From Polyangiales bacterium (GTDB lineage: Bacteria > Myxococcota_A > Polyangia > Polyangiales > Houyiibacteriaceae): a stretch of DNA of 32,306 bases. This document shows positions 17,114 through 25,782 of this stretch, one piece after another. The stretch is from NCBI GenBank assembly GCA_045106895.1, contig JBGCFM010000257.1:1-32306 (forward strand). The letters run 5' to 3'. A model generated the notes under the pieces. It made no database searches and had not been told where the DNA came from. It was given only the letters and a program-made list of their open reading frames with translations. The translations under genes were made by a program, and so were the position numbers. Positions within the stretch are counted from its first letter, which is position 1; each line of letters begins with the position of its first letter.

Positions 17114-17911
17114 ATGCTTGCACGTGCCCTCGCGCGTCGGCGCGTGAAATCCAAGGCCGACCTCGGAGACCTTCCTTCGTTTCCGGCGATCATCGGCACC
17201 GCGCTTCGCCAGCTGCGCGACCCATCGGCGGCGCTCGCGGAAGTCGGCGAGGCTCTGATCAGTGACCCGCGCATCTCGGCGAAGCTCCTCCGCATGGCCA
17301 ACTCGACGGCGTTTGCGCTGCGCAACCCTGTTCGAAGTGTGCCTCATGCGGTCTCGCTCCTCGGCCGCGGAACCACGGAGTCGCTCCTCCTTGCGGCGGT
17401 CGTGTCAGGCATCAGCGGCAAAGCGAAGAACTTCGATGGTCGGGCGTTTTGGGTCAGCGGGGCCCGTCGCGGCCTGATGGCGCGTGCCATCGCTGCGGAT
17501 ATCTCGATTGGAAAAGAGAGCGAGAGCTTCACCGAAGGGCTCCTTCAAGACATGGCCGTGCCGTACTTGCTCCGCACCGTGAACGCCTATGAGGAAATCC
17601 TCGCAGCCGCGCTTGCCGGGGAAGGCACGCTCGTCGAACTGGAAAACTCGAAGCTCGGTTACAACCACGCCACCGTCGCTGGATGGATGGCAGAGCGATG
17701 GGAGTTTCCGCAGCCGCTCTGCGAAGCCCTCTCGAGGCACCACGAGTCGGAGTCCACTCCAGGCTGCTTCGTCGCGCGCCACGCAGACGCCGAAGAGGAC
17801 GCTTTTCTCGAAGCCGCGTCCTCGTCGTTCGAGGTTTCCTCGGAGCGCGCAGCGCGGTGGTTTCAGGAAGCCCAGGGCGCCGAAGAGTTCGCTTCGCTCC
17901 TCGTTGGCTAA
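17114..17911 (+). CDS. Stand-alone HDOD-domain protein
   Basis: GAGGAG RBS, LPSFP, DP.ISAKLLRMANS, V.SV.HAVSLLG, F..GLLQDM and E...LGYNHA.V..W....W.FP. Confidence 0.9.
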   Translation: MLARALARRRVKSKADLGDLPSFPAIIGTALRQLRDPSAALAEVGEALISDPRISAKLLRMANSTAFALRNPVRSVPHAVSLLGRGTTESLLLAAVVSGISGKAKNFDGRAFWVSGARRGLMARAIAADISIGKESESFTEGLLQDMAVPYLLRTVNAYEEILAAALAGEGTLVELENSKLGYNHATVAGWMAERWEFPQPLCEALSRHHESESTPGCFVARHADAEEDAFLEAASSSFEVSSERAARWFQEAQGAEEFASLLVG

Positions 17912-17917
17912 CTAGGG

Positions 17918-19267
17918 CTACAAGCCGATGCGTTCAGCGAGGCTGGAGTGGAAGCGCCGCTCGGGGTCATACTTGGCCTTGACCGCGCGCCACGTGTTGA
18001 GACGCGGGTACATCTTCTCGAATACGTCGCGCTGGAGAAACGCGTCCTTCCCGAGGTAGACGCGCCCGCCCATGGCGACGACGCGTGCGTCGAGTTTCGC
18101 CAAGAGCTCTGTGAGCCCAGAGCGCACCGGAAAGTCGATGGCGAAGGTGTAGCCGGTGAACGGAAAGGAGAGTGACGTCTCAGCGCGCTCAGGACCGAAA
18201 CGTTTGAGCACGTTCAGAAAGGGCGACTGGCCACTTCCGGAGATCAGCTCCAACAGCTCGCGTACGTTCTCACGTCCACCCTCCATAGGAACCACGAACT
18301 GGTATTGCGTGAAGCCCTTTGGGCCGTAGCCGCGGTTCCAATCACCGACGAAGTCGAGGGGGTAGAAGAACTTTTCGTAGTGAGCGATAGCGGCGCCGCG
18401 TTTTTGCACCTGGTCCAGCACCGCGTTGAGAATGCGAATGGTGGCGGAGTTCAGTGCCGCGCTGGGCATCTCGAAGGGCAGCGAGAGCGGCGATGGATCA
18501 CTGATCGTGAGCGGCTGTCGCGCTCGCGCCCCGGAGAGGTCCGAACGCATCGCGTGCTCGCCGGTCGTGAGCACACCGCGACCGAGATTCTTGCCTGTCG
18601 CGAGGGAGTCCACCCAGGCGACGGAGTAGGGCAGGTGATGGTTCGCATCGAGTGCGTCCATCATCTCGTCCAAGTTGGCGACGCTCAGCGCAGACTGGCG
18701 AAAGTACATGGTCTCGACGCGCCGAAGCCGAATCGTCGCGTCGAGGATGACGCCGAGGAGCCCCATCCCGCCAAAGTTGGCCCAGAAGAGGTCGGCGTTC
18801 TCCTCACGGCTTGCGTGACGAATCGAACCATCCGCGAGGAGGATACGAAAGGAGTCGGTGCACTCAGAGAAGCAACCATCGACATGGTGGGCCTTCCCAT
18901 GAACGTCGTTGGCAATGCAGCCCCCAACGGTGACGAACTTCGTCCCGGGGGTCACCATCGGCAAGAAGCCGCGGGGGCCGAAGTCGCGAAGGATCGCCTC
19001 GAGGCTGGTGCCGGCTTCACAGGTGAGGGTGCCGCTCTGCTCGTCGAAGGACAGGTATCGGTCGAGGCCTACGCAGTCGAGGACAATGCCCTCTGAGGAG
19101 ATCGCGGGGTCCCCATAGCTCCGGCCGAGGCCACGCGGGGTAACCCGGGGGGAAGCCGCCACCAGCGTCTCAGCTTGGTTTGAGCTGTGCACACGACGTC
19201 GATCGCATACGAGGCGCGGGTAGTTACCCCATCCAGCAAGTGTTTCTTGAACCATCGTGTCTCTCAT
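17918..19267 (-). CDS. FAD-linked oxidoreductase, DprE1-like (decaprenylphosphoryl-ribose 2'-oxidase family); start ATG 19267 or 19255
   Basis: LAGWG, RGLGRSYGD, VTPGTKFVTVGGCIANDVHGKAHH, GGMGLLGVI, YSVAWVD, FFYPLD, WNRGYG..GFTQYQFVVP, FLNVLKRFG and GGRVYLGKD. Confidence 0.88.
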   Translation of the reverse strand: MRDTMVQETLAGWGNYPRLVCDRRRVHSSNQAETLVAASPRVTPRGLGRSYGDPAISSEGIVLDCVGLDRYLSFDEQSGTLTCEAGTSLEAILRDFGPRGFLPMVTPGTKFVTVGGCIANDVHGKAHHVDGCFSECTDSFRILLADGSIRHASREENADLFWANFGGMGLLGVILDATIRLRRVETMYFRQSALSVANLDEMMDALDANHHLPYSVAWVDSLATGKNLGRGVLTTGEHAMRSDLSGARARQPLTISDPSPLSLPFEMPSAALNSATIRILNAVLDQVQKRGAAIAHYEKFFYPLDFVGDWNRGYGPKGFTQYQFVVPMEGGRENVRELLELISGSGQSPFLNVLKRFGPERAETSLSFPFTGYTFAIDFPVRSGLTELLAKLDARVVAMGGRVYLGKDAFLQRDVFEKMYPRLNTWRAVKAKYDPERRFHSSLAERIGL

Positions 19268-19391
19268 AGGCCCGTCCGAGAGCGTGGGCCAGGGCACAAG
19301 CTCGGGGCGCTGCCTCAACGACTTGGAAGAACCATCGTATTCCCGGTGACTTTTGGCCCCGTGGACCTCACCAGCTGCTAGAGTCGGCTCC

Positions 19392-20636
19392 GTGGCACGG
19401 ATTCTGGTTTCTACGGCGAGCGATGTCGGTATGGTCCGCGAAGTCAACGAGGACTCGTACCTCGTGGATGAAGAGCTGAAGCTCTACATCGTGTGCGATG
19501 GCATGGGTGGTCATGCCGCCGGAGAGGTCGCCTCGCGCACCGCCGCCTCCGTCGTTCGCGAGCACCTCAGCCTCTACGCCGACGAACAGGACGTCGATGT
19601 CCTCGTGGACGTGATGCGTCAGGCCGTCGAAGAGGCGAACCGCCGGGTCCACGAGCTCGGTCAGCGTGCGAAAGATCGCAACGGGATGGGCACCACCTGC
19701 ACCGCGTTGCTCATGCGTGACGGCACTGGGATCGTGGGGCACGTCGGCGACAGCCGCCTCTACCTCCTCCGCGAAGAGAAGCTCCACCAGCTCACTCATG
19801 ACCACACCTTCGTCGCCGAAGCTATCCGTGCGGGCATCGCGAAGAAAGGCGACCCACACCTCGCGGAACACTCCAACCTGGTTACGCGCGCCGTCGGTCC
19901 GCTGCCCCACGTATTGGTCGACGCATTCGTCTTCGACGTTCTCCCTCAAGACTCCGCTTTGCTCTGCTCGGACGGACTCTACGAGTACTTTGAAGATGAA
20001 GTAGAGCTCGGGCGCCGCATGGGTGCCGATGACCTGGACGCGATCTCGGCGGGGCTCGTCAGCTCGGCGAACGAACGCGGCGGCCACGACAATATCACCG
20101 CCCTCATGCTCCGCTTTGAGGACCGAAACCCCTCCAAGGCCGTCGGTCGAATCACGGCGACGTTCTCGACGTTGAGCCACATCGACCTCTTCTCGGAGCT
20201 CTCGGTTCCGGAGATCACCCGCGTCACGCGTCATCTTCAGTACGAAGATGTAGAAGCCGGGCAGGTCGTGTTTCGTCAGGGAGACGTCAGCGAAGGCCTC
20301 TGGGTAATCATGTCCGGCACCGTCGTTGTGGAGCGGGATAACGAAGACGTCGCGAACCTGAGCGCTGGTGCACATTTCGGCGAGATGGCGCTCCTGAACC
20401 AGCGACCACGCTCTGCGACGGTCACGGCTCTGGGGCCTTCGACGCTCCTCCGACTCTCCCGCGACGCGTTCTACGAGGTCGTGCAGCAGGACCATGTGGT
20501 GGGCGTGAAGTTCCTTTGGAAGCTCGCCCAGACATTAAGTATGCGCCTGGAGGAATCTTTTGAGACCCCGGCGGCATTGCATGAGGCGCGACAAACGTTG
20601 ACGTATGGACTCTTTCCTTCGCCGGTGAAGGACTAA
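19392..20636 (+). CDS. PP2C (PPM) Ser/Thr phosphatase with C-terminal cyclic-nucleotide-binding domain
   Basis: G.VREVNEDS, VCDGMGG, GMGTT, HVGDSRLY, LLCSDGL and GGHDNIT; cNMP domain with FGEMALL..RPRSATV. GTG start supported by TGCTAGAGT 7 nt upstream. Confidence 0.92.
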   Translation: MARILVSTASDVGMVREVNEDSYLVDEELKLYIVCDGMGGHAAGEVASRTAASVVREHLSLYADEQDVDVLVDVMRQAVEEANRRVHELGQRAKDRNGMGTTCTALLMRDGTGIVGHVGDSRLYLLREEKLHQLTHDHTFVAEAIRAGIAKKGDPHLAEHSNLVTRAVGPLPHVLVDAFVFDVLPQDSALLCSDGLYEYFEDEVELGRRMGADDLDAISAGLVSSANERGGHDNITALMLRFEDRNPSKAVGRITATFSTLSHIDLFSELSVPEITRVTRHLQYEDVEAGQVVFRQGDVSEGLWVIMSGTVVVERDNEDVANLSAGAHFGEMALLNQRPRSATVTALGPSTLLRLSRDAFYEVVQQDHVVGVKFLWKLAQTLSMRLEESFETPAALHEARQTLTYGLFPSPVKD

Positions 20637-20654
20637 ACCCGGCTACGCATCTCA

Positions 20655-21434
20655 ATGCTCTTCCGTCAGACAATCGCTGTCGTGATTCCTGCGTTCAACG
20701 AAGCGCCGCACATCGCCCGGGTCGTTCGAACCCTCCCCACGTTCGTAGACCGCATCATCATCGTCGACGACGCCAGCACCGACGGGACGGCGGCGCGTGC
20801 AGAGACCATCGACGACGCGCGCCTGGTGGTGTTGCGCCACGGCGAGAACGCCGGAGTCGGTGCCGCGATCACGACGGGGTACAAGCACGCCTTCGCCGAC
20901 GGCGCGGATGTCGCGGCGGTTATGGCTGGCGATGCGCAGATGGACCCGAACAATCTGCGCGCTCTCCTTGCGGCCATCGATGCCGGGGCGGACTACGCCA
21001 AAGGCAACCGCCTGGTGTGGCCCGACGTCTGGCGCGACATGCCGAAGGCGCGCCTTGCCGGGAACATCGCCCTCTCGTGGCTCACAAGACTCGCCATCGG
21101 GACGGACGTAAGCGATTCGCAGTGCGGCTACACGGTGATGACCCGTGAGGCCGCCGCCGGCGTGGACCTCGACGCCCTGTGGCCACGCTATGGGTATCCC
21201 AATGATCTTCTGGCACGCCTCGCCGCATCCGGAGCCCGCGTCGTGGACGTGCCGGTCCGCGCCGTCTACGCGAATGAGCAGAGCGGCGTCGGATGGCACG
21301 ACGCGCTCGTCGTGGTTCCAGGCGTTCTCGGCCGCGCGTTGCTCCGGCGGCTGAGGCCTTCGAAGCCGACGCCGGCCCAGAGTCGCGCCGCACGGAGGCC
21401 CATCGCTCCCGAGGCGGTCCGGGCGCCGCTCTGA
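20655..21434 (+). CDS. Glycosyltransferase family 2 (polyprenol-phosphate glycosyltransferase/DPM-synthase-like)
   Basis: VVIPAFNE, IIVDDASTDGT, N.GVGAA...G, MAGDAQMDP, KGNR and DSQCGY. Confidence 0.9.
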   Translation: MLFRQTIAVVIPAFNEAPHIARVVRTLPTFVDRIIIVDDASTDGTAARAETIDDARLVVLRHGENAGVGAAITTGYKHAFADGADVAAVMAGDAQMDPNNLRALLAAIDAGADYAKGNRLVWPDVWRDMPKARLAGNIALSWLTRLAIGTDVSDSQCGYTVMTREAAAGVDLDALWPRYGYPNDLLARLAASGARVVDVPVRAVYANEQSGVGWHDALVVVPGVLGRALLRRLRPSKPTPAQSRAARRPIAPEAVRAPL

Positions 21435-21444
21435 GCGTTCTTCT

Positions 21445-21480
21445 TCGCTCTGTTTGCTTTCATCGCTCTGCTTCCTTTCA
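21445..21480 (+). repeat. Pyrimidine-rich 18-bp tandem repeat in the GT2-GT4 spacer
   Basis: TCGCTCTGTTTGCTTTCA followed by TCGCTCTGCTTCCTTTCA (16/18). A third CGCTCTG lies at 21427. Confidence 0.75.
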
Positions 21481-21497
21481 AGCGTTCCTTCCACTTC

Positions 21498-22592
21498 ATG
21501 CACATCGGATTGCTGACCACTTCGTATCCACGCTTTGACGGGGATGTTGCCGGGAGCTTTGTTCGGGAGTTTGCGGAGACGATGCGCAGCTTGGGGCACC
21601 GCGTGGATGTGCTGGCCCCGGCGGACAGGCTTGAGCGGCCCGCCTATGACGCGGCTCCCATTCGCTACCTGCCCTCGGCACTACGGCGCACTTTCTATGG
21701 GAGCGGGGTTCCCGACAATATTCGTGACCCACGAGCATGGCCGGGTCTCGCGGCGTTTCCCGCCGCGTTGCTGCGTGAAGCGTCCAAGCGACCTTGGGAT
21801 GCGCTCGTCTCGCACTTTGGTGTTCCATGTGCGCTCGTTGGGGCGCTCGTCGCGCGGGGACGGCCGCACCTCGCAGTGTGGCACTCCGCGGACGTCGCCC
21901 TCGCCGCTTCGATCCGCCCACTGCGTACCCTCGCGCCCCGCCTAGCGACGAAGCACTGGTGCGTAACGGAGGCTGCTCGTGAGCGCCTCGGGCTCAAAAA
22001 CGCCATCGTCTCGCCGATGGGCGCGCACCCGCCGGACGCAAAGCGCGGCGAGAGTCGAAGAGCGCTTGGGATCGAGCGAGGCGACGTGGTGGTTTCCTTT
22101 GTCGGGCGCCTGGTTCCGATCAAGGGCCTCGCGACTCTTTTTGCCGCGGCGCGTGGACTCCCAGTCCATCTTGTCATCGCCGGAGAAGGCCCGGAGCGAG
22201 CGCGCCTCGAGTCGATGACGAACGTTCGGGCTACATTTCTTGGCCACGTCGCGCGGAGCGAGAGAGACGCTCTGCTCGTTGCGTCCGATGCTTTCGCGAT
22301 GCCCTCGCTGGCTCTCGGTCGGCGGCGGGAGGGCGCCCCCTGCGCGCTCCTCGAAGCGCAGTTGGCGGGACTCCCAGTCCTAGCGAGTCGAAGTGGGGGG
22401 CTCGTGGAGCGGGTTCGTCACGGAAGCGACGGTCTCCTGGTCAAAGCCGGTGATGTTCAGGCATGGCGCGATGCGCTCGTCGCCGTCTTGAGCGGGAAGC
22501 TCGCGGACATGGGAGTGGCGGGTGCTCGCCACAACAGCCACCTGAGCTGGCAAGGGCTTGCGCCGACGATAGAGTCAGCGCTTCGTTTCTAG
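21498..22592 (+). CDS. Glycosyltransferase family 4
   Basis: IGLLTTSYPR..GD.AG.FV, FVGRLVPIKG, IAGEGPER and EGAPCALLEA...GLPVLAS..GG (E-x7-E). Confidence 0.92.
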   Translation: MHIGLLTTSYPRFDGDVAGSFVREFAETMRSLGHRVDVLAPADRLERPAYDAAPIRYLPSALRRTFYGSGVPDNIRDPRAWPGLAAFPAALLREASKRPWDALVSHFGVPCALVGALVARGRPHLAVWHSADVALAASIRPLRTLAPRLATKHWCVTEAARERLGLKNAIVSPMGAHPPDAKRGESRRALGIERGDVVVSFVGRLVPIKGLATLFAAARGLPVHLVIAGEGPERARLESMTNVRATFLGHVARSERDALLVASDAFAMPSLALGRRREGAPCALLEAQLAGLPVLASRSGGLVERVRHGSDGLLVKAGDVQAWRDALVAVLSGKLADMGVAGARHNSHLSWQGLAPTIESALRF

Positions 22593-22602
22593 CGCTCGAG
22601 TC

Positions 22603-23310
22603 CTAGGGCTGTACGCGGCGGGTGCCAGCGGGCGCACGGAATCGAAAGCGAGCGTCCGCGACCTCACGTGGGAACGTCATCTCGGAAAAGTCGAAGCGGT
22701 TCCGGTTTCCAGCGGAGTCGACGATAAGCACGCGGCGAATGATGCCGGCGCTTCGGCCGCCCTGTTCGACGACGCGAACGAAGAAAAGAATCTTGTCGTA
22801 GTGCGCTGTGGGCTCGCGGGGGCGAAGCTCTAGAACGTACCCGTTCTGCATTCCGTAGCGGTCAGGATCGAGCAGGCGAAAGGTGAAGTCACGGTCGAGG
22901 CGACCGGTGCCGGTCAAGAAGCTGAAGGCTTGCGGCAGCTGATGGTCGTTGATCTCACGGTCGATGATCTGTCCATGCTCTTCGCCTTCTTCGGCGGGCT
23001 GGTAGATGATGAGCCGGTTGCCATCGCTCACGTAGACTTGGCCGTTCGGCGCGTCGTAGTCCCACCGCATCTTGCCGGGTTTCTCAAAGACAACGCGACC
23101 CGACGCTTGCTCCGTGCGGTTCTGCAGGCGCGTCACCTGGCGCTGTTGAAAACGCGCCTCGAACGCTGGGGACTGGTCGTAAAAGGACTGCACCAGGGCC
23201 GCGACGTCGCGCGCGGACCGTGTCTCTTGAGCACGCGATGTGGTGACGCCGAGGGCGAGGGCAAGGAAGAGGGCAGAAGAAATGCCCAGAGTTTTGATGA
23301 AGTTGCGCAT
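22603..23310 (-). CDS. lolA: Outer-membrane lipoprotein carrier protein LolA
   Basis: Signal peptide, FEARFQQ, SGRVVFEKPGKMRWDY..P..Q.YVSDG...IYQP, D..GNRN.F.F and F.F..P.G. Confidence 0.88.
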   Translation of the reverse strand: MRNFIKTLGISSALFLALALGVTTSRAQETRSARDVAALVQSFYDQSPAFEARFQQRQVTRLQNRTEQASGRVVFEKPGKMRWDYDAPNGQVYVSDGNRLIIYQPAEEGEEHGQIIDREINDHQLPQAFSFLTGTGRLDRDFTFRLLDPDRYGMQNGYVLELRPREPTAHYDKILFFVRVVEQGGRSAGIIRRVLIVDSAGNRNRFDFSEMTFPREVADARFRFRAPAGTRRVQP

Positions 23311-23370
23311 GAAGAGGACTTGTCCCGTGGGGTCCGAAGAGGCCCATCGAGTGGGCTGCGTCCTCGTTTG

Positions 23371-23396
23371 AACGCTCGGCGCCGCAGCCTATTCAC
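23371..23396 (-). promoter_or_regulatory. ECF-sigma-like promoter of lolA (GTGAAT-N16-CGTT)
   Basis: Same AA-N17-CGTT geometry as at 13496-13521. Confidence 0.35.
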
Positions 23397-23627
23397 ATGA
23401 ATCCTCGCGCGCCAGTGCTCGTGCACCGCGGTGACTCCATTCTCCGGCGAAAACCGCTCGAATCGGGGAGCGGAAGCCAAAATGCGTAATGATCTTCAAC
23501 GCCGCATCTCCCCCGCTTGGGCCCGTTGAAAAGAAGCGCCCAAATCCGTTATTCTCTTGTTCTACGGCGCAGCGCCCCTTGTCTTTGGCTTAGTGAAATC
23601 CAGTCTCGTATTCCAAGGAGTTCCCGA

Positions 23628-23801
23628 ATGGCTTCCAGTCCCGAAACGCTTCGTTCTCACCTTGAGACCAAGAAGGCGACGCTCGACGCAAGCGTTGATG
23701 CCCTCTCGCAGCGCCGCTTCCTATCTGCGGGTGAGCAGATGAGCGAAAAGGAAATGAAGAAACGCAAACTCGCCATGAAGGACGCCCTCACGCGCCTTTA
23801 G
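23628..23801 (+). CDS. Small coiled-coil protein, DUF465/YdcH-like (57 aa)
   Basis: AAGGAG RBS; L...K..LD..V..L..RRFLS..EQ.....MKKRKL.MKD.L pattern; followed by a terminator. Confidence 0.8.
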   Translation: MASSPETLRSHLETKKATLDASVDALSQRRFLSAGEQMSEKEMKKRKLAMKDALTRL

Positions 23802-23847
23802 AGATTGCCTCGCGCGCCCGGGCTTCGGGTGTCCGCGAACTACGGAC

Positions 23848-23884
23848 GACGGCGTTCCCGCCATGGGAGCGCCGTTTTCTTTTA
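23848..23884 (+). terminator. Intrinsic terminator after the DUF465 gene
   Basis: GACGGCGTTCCC-GCCAT-GGGAGCGCCGTT hairpin followed by TTCTTTT. Confidence 0.8.
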
Positions 23885-23893
23885 ACCGGTGCC

Positions 23894-24391
23894 CTATTTC
23901 GGCGCGAAGCCGAGGGAGCGAACTTCATCTCCGAGGCGAATCGTGCCGCCTTCGATGACCCGCGCGAGGATGCCGCCCATGTCGAGCATCGCCGCGTACC
24001 CGCCGTCGCCGAGGGCTTCCTCCATACGACTGCAGGGAGCACATCGGTCGCTGCCTTCGAGGATCACCTCTCCAATGGAGAAGCGAAGACGCCGCAGCGC
24101 GTTGAGTGGGATGCCTTCGATGACGAGGTTACGGCGAAGAAGCTCCGGTGGCGCGGGTCGTCCAGCCAACGCGGCGATGACTGGGAGGTGTTCTTTTTGA
24201 ATGAGCGACACCTGACGCTTGCCGCCGGACTTTTGGTAGCGATCTCCACGAATGCCCTTTCCCGCGACGAGCTCCGCCTCTTCGACGATCTCCAGCGCCT
24301 TGCGTTTCGTCGGACGAAGACCAATCCACCTCAAGGTCCCAACCTGGGGCACGTTCGCGAGCAACGCGCGCATTTGTGATTCTTCGCTCAT
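23894..24391 (-). CDS. MOSC-domain protein (YiiM-like)
   Basis: G.L.WIGLRP, GI.GDRY, RQVSLIQ.E, LRRNLVI.G, CAPC.RME and GGILARVI.GG.IRLGD. Confidence 0.9.
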   Translation of the reverse strand: MSEESQMRALLANVPQVGTLRWIGLRPTKRKALEIVEEAELVAGKGIRGDRYQKSGGKRQVSLIQKEHLPVIAALAGRPAPPELLRRNLVIEGIPLNALRRLRFSIGEVILEGSDRCAPCSRMEEALGDGGYAAMLDMGGILARVIEGGTIRLGDEVRSLGFAPK

Positions 24392-24449
24392 GAACTCTGA
24401 TCTGAGGGCGAACCTTCCAACGCGCAAGTGCGGCGGAAGTCAGCGCTGC

Positions 24450-25043
24450 TCAGGCGCCAAAGCGAGCGACGAGGGCTTCGGCGCGTTCGACGAACCCAGC
24501 TTTGTGGTGCGCGTCGAAGGCCTCCCACGTACACAGCGTCTTCGTGTCCTCCACGCGGTCCACGAAGAGCTTCCCGTCGAGGTGATCACATTCATGAAAG
24601 TAGGTGCCCGCGCTGAGGCCCCAGACTTCACGTGTGAGCGCTTGTCCGAATCGGTCGAGGGCGTCGACGCGAACTCCCACGGGGCGTTTCACGACGCCGC
24701 GAAGGTTCGGAACGCTCAAGCAGCCCTCGTAGCTGTCGAAGGTCTCGTCGCCGAGGGGCGTGAGGACTGGATTGACGAGCACCGTGAGAGGAATGTTGGG
24801 CTTGTACGGATAGCGAGGGTTGTCGCCCACTTCCATGACACAGACCCGTTTGGCCACGAAGACTTGGTTGGCCGCGAGGCCAGCGCCGCAAGCGTGCCGC
24901 ATCGTCGCGATGAGGGAATCGATGAAGCGCTGCATCTCCTCGCCCGCGAGCTCGCCGGGTTCGATCAGCGCCGCGGGCTTTCGCAGAACGGGCTCGCCAA
25001 TCTGTGCGATGGGAAGGACCTGCGCCGCCATCGTCTCAGTCAT
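24450..25043 (-). CDS. def: Peptide deformylase
   Basis: G.PVLR, motif 1 GAGLAANQ, motif 2 EGCLS and motif 3 HECDHLDG. ATG 25043 overlaps the response-regulator stop. Confidence 0.93.
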   Translation of the reverse strand: MTETMAAQVLPIAQIGEPVLRKPAALIEPGELAGEEMQRFIDSLIATMRHACGAGLAANQVFVAKRVCVMEVGDNPRYPYKPNIPLTVLVNPVLTPLGDETFDSYEGCLSVPNLRGVVKRPVGVRVDALDRFGQALTREVWGLSAGTYFHECDHLDGKLFVDRVEDTKTLCTWEAFDAHHKAGFVERAEALVARFGA

Positions 25044-25782
25044 CGGCTGTGCCTTCGGCTCCCTCGCCCGGGACAAACTTGTATCCCGCCCCGCGCACGG
25101 AGAGGAAATATTCGGGCGCGCTGGCGTCTCGTTCAAAGTGGCGTCGAAGCCGTGAGATGAAGTTGTCGACGGTCCGCGAGTTGTTGTAGTTCCGCAGCTT
25201 CCACACCTTTTCAAGGAGCTCGGTTCGACTGAGCACGCGATGAGGGTGGTTGGCGAAGTAGCGCAACAGGTCCAGCTCAAGCTGCGTCAGCTTGCATTCA
25301 ACGCCCTCGATTCGAACTTCGTGAGTGTTGAAGTCGACGGTGGCCTCGCCGAAACGAAGCGTGGTTGTCGTCGTCGTGGCTTCGCTCTCCTTGGGTGGGG
25401 CCTGCTGCTCCCATTCCCTCCGCCGCAGCATGGAGCGGACGCGCGCGAGCAGCTCGTTCAACGAAAACGGCTTCACCATATAGTCGTCGGCTCCCGCTTC
25501 AAGGCCGCGAACCCGGTCTTCGGGGGCGTTTCGCGCGGTGAGCATGATGACCGGCACAAAGTTGCCGGAGCGGCGGAGGCGCGCGCAGAGGTCGAAACCG
25601 TTGACGTCCGGAAGCATCACATCGAGGACCAGCGCGTCGTAGCGTTCCGCTTCCACGAGAAGCTCGTTCGCCCGACGTGCATTCTTGGCGACGTCGACTT
25701 CGTATCCCTCAAGCTCGAGGTTTAACTTGAGGCCCGCCGCAAGGTGCTCCTCGTCCTCGACCACCAATAAGCGCGGCTTCAT
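25036..25782 (-). CDS. OmpR/PhoB-family response regulator
   Basis: LLVVEDE, LDVMLP, MLTAR, GADDYMVKPF and a winged-helix LTQLELDLL...SRTELL..VW...RTVDNFISRLR...VRGAGY. Confidence 0.95.
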   Translation of the reverse strand: MKPRLLVVEDEEHLAAGLKLNLELEGYEVDVAKNARRANELLVEAERYDALVLDVMLPDVNGFDLCARLRRSGNFVPVIMLTARNAPEDRVRGLEAGADDYMVKPFSLNELLARVRSMLRRREWEQQAPPKESEATTTTTTLRFGEATVDFNTHEVRIEGVECKLTQLELDLLRYFANHPHRVLSRTELLEKVWKLRNYNNSRTVDNFISRLRRHFERDASAPEYFLSVRGAGYKFVPGEGAEGTADD

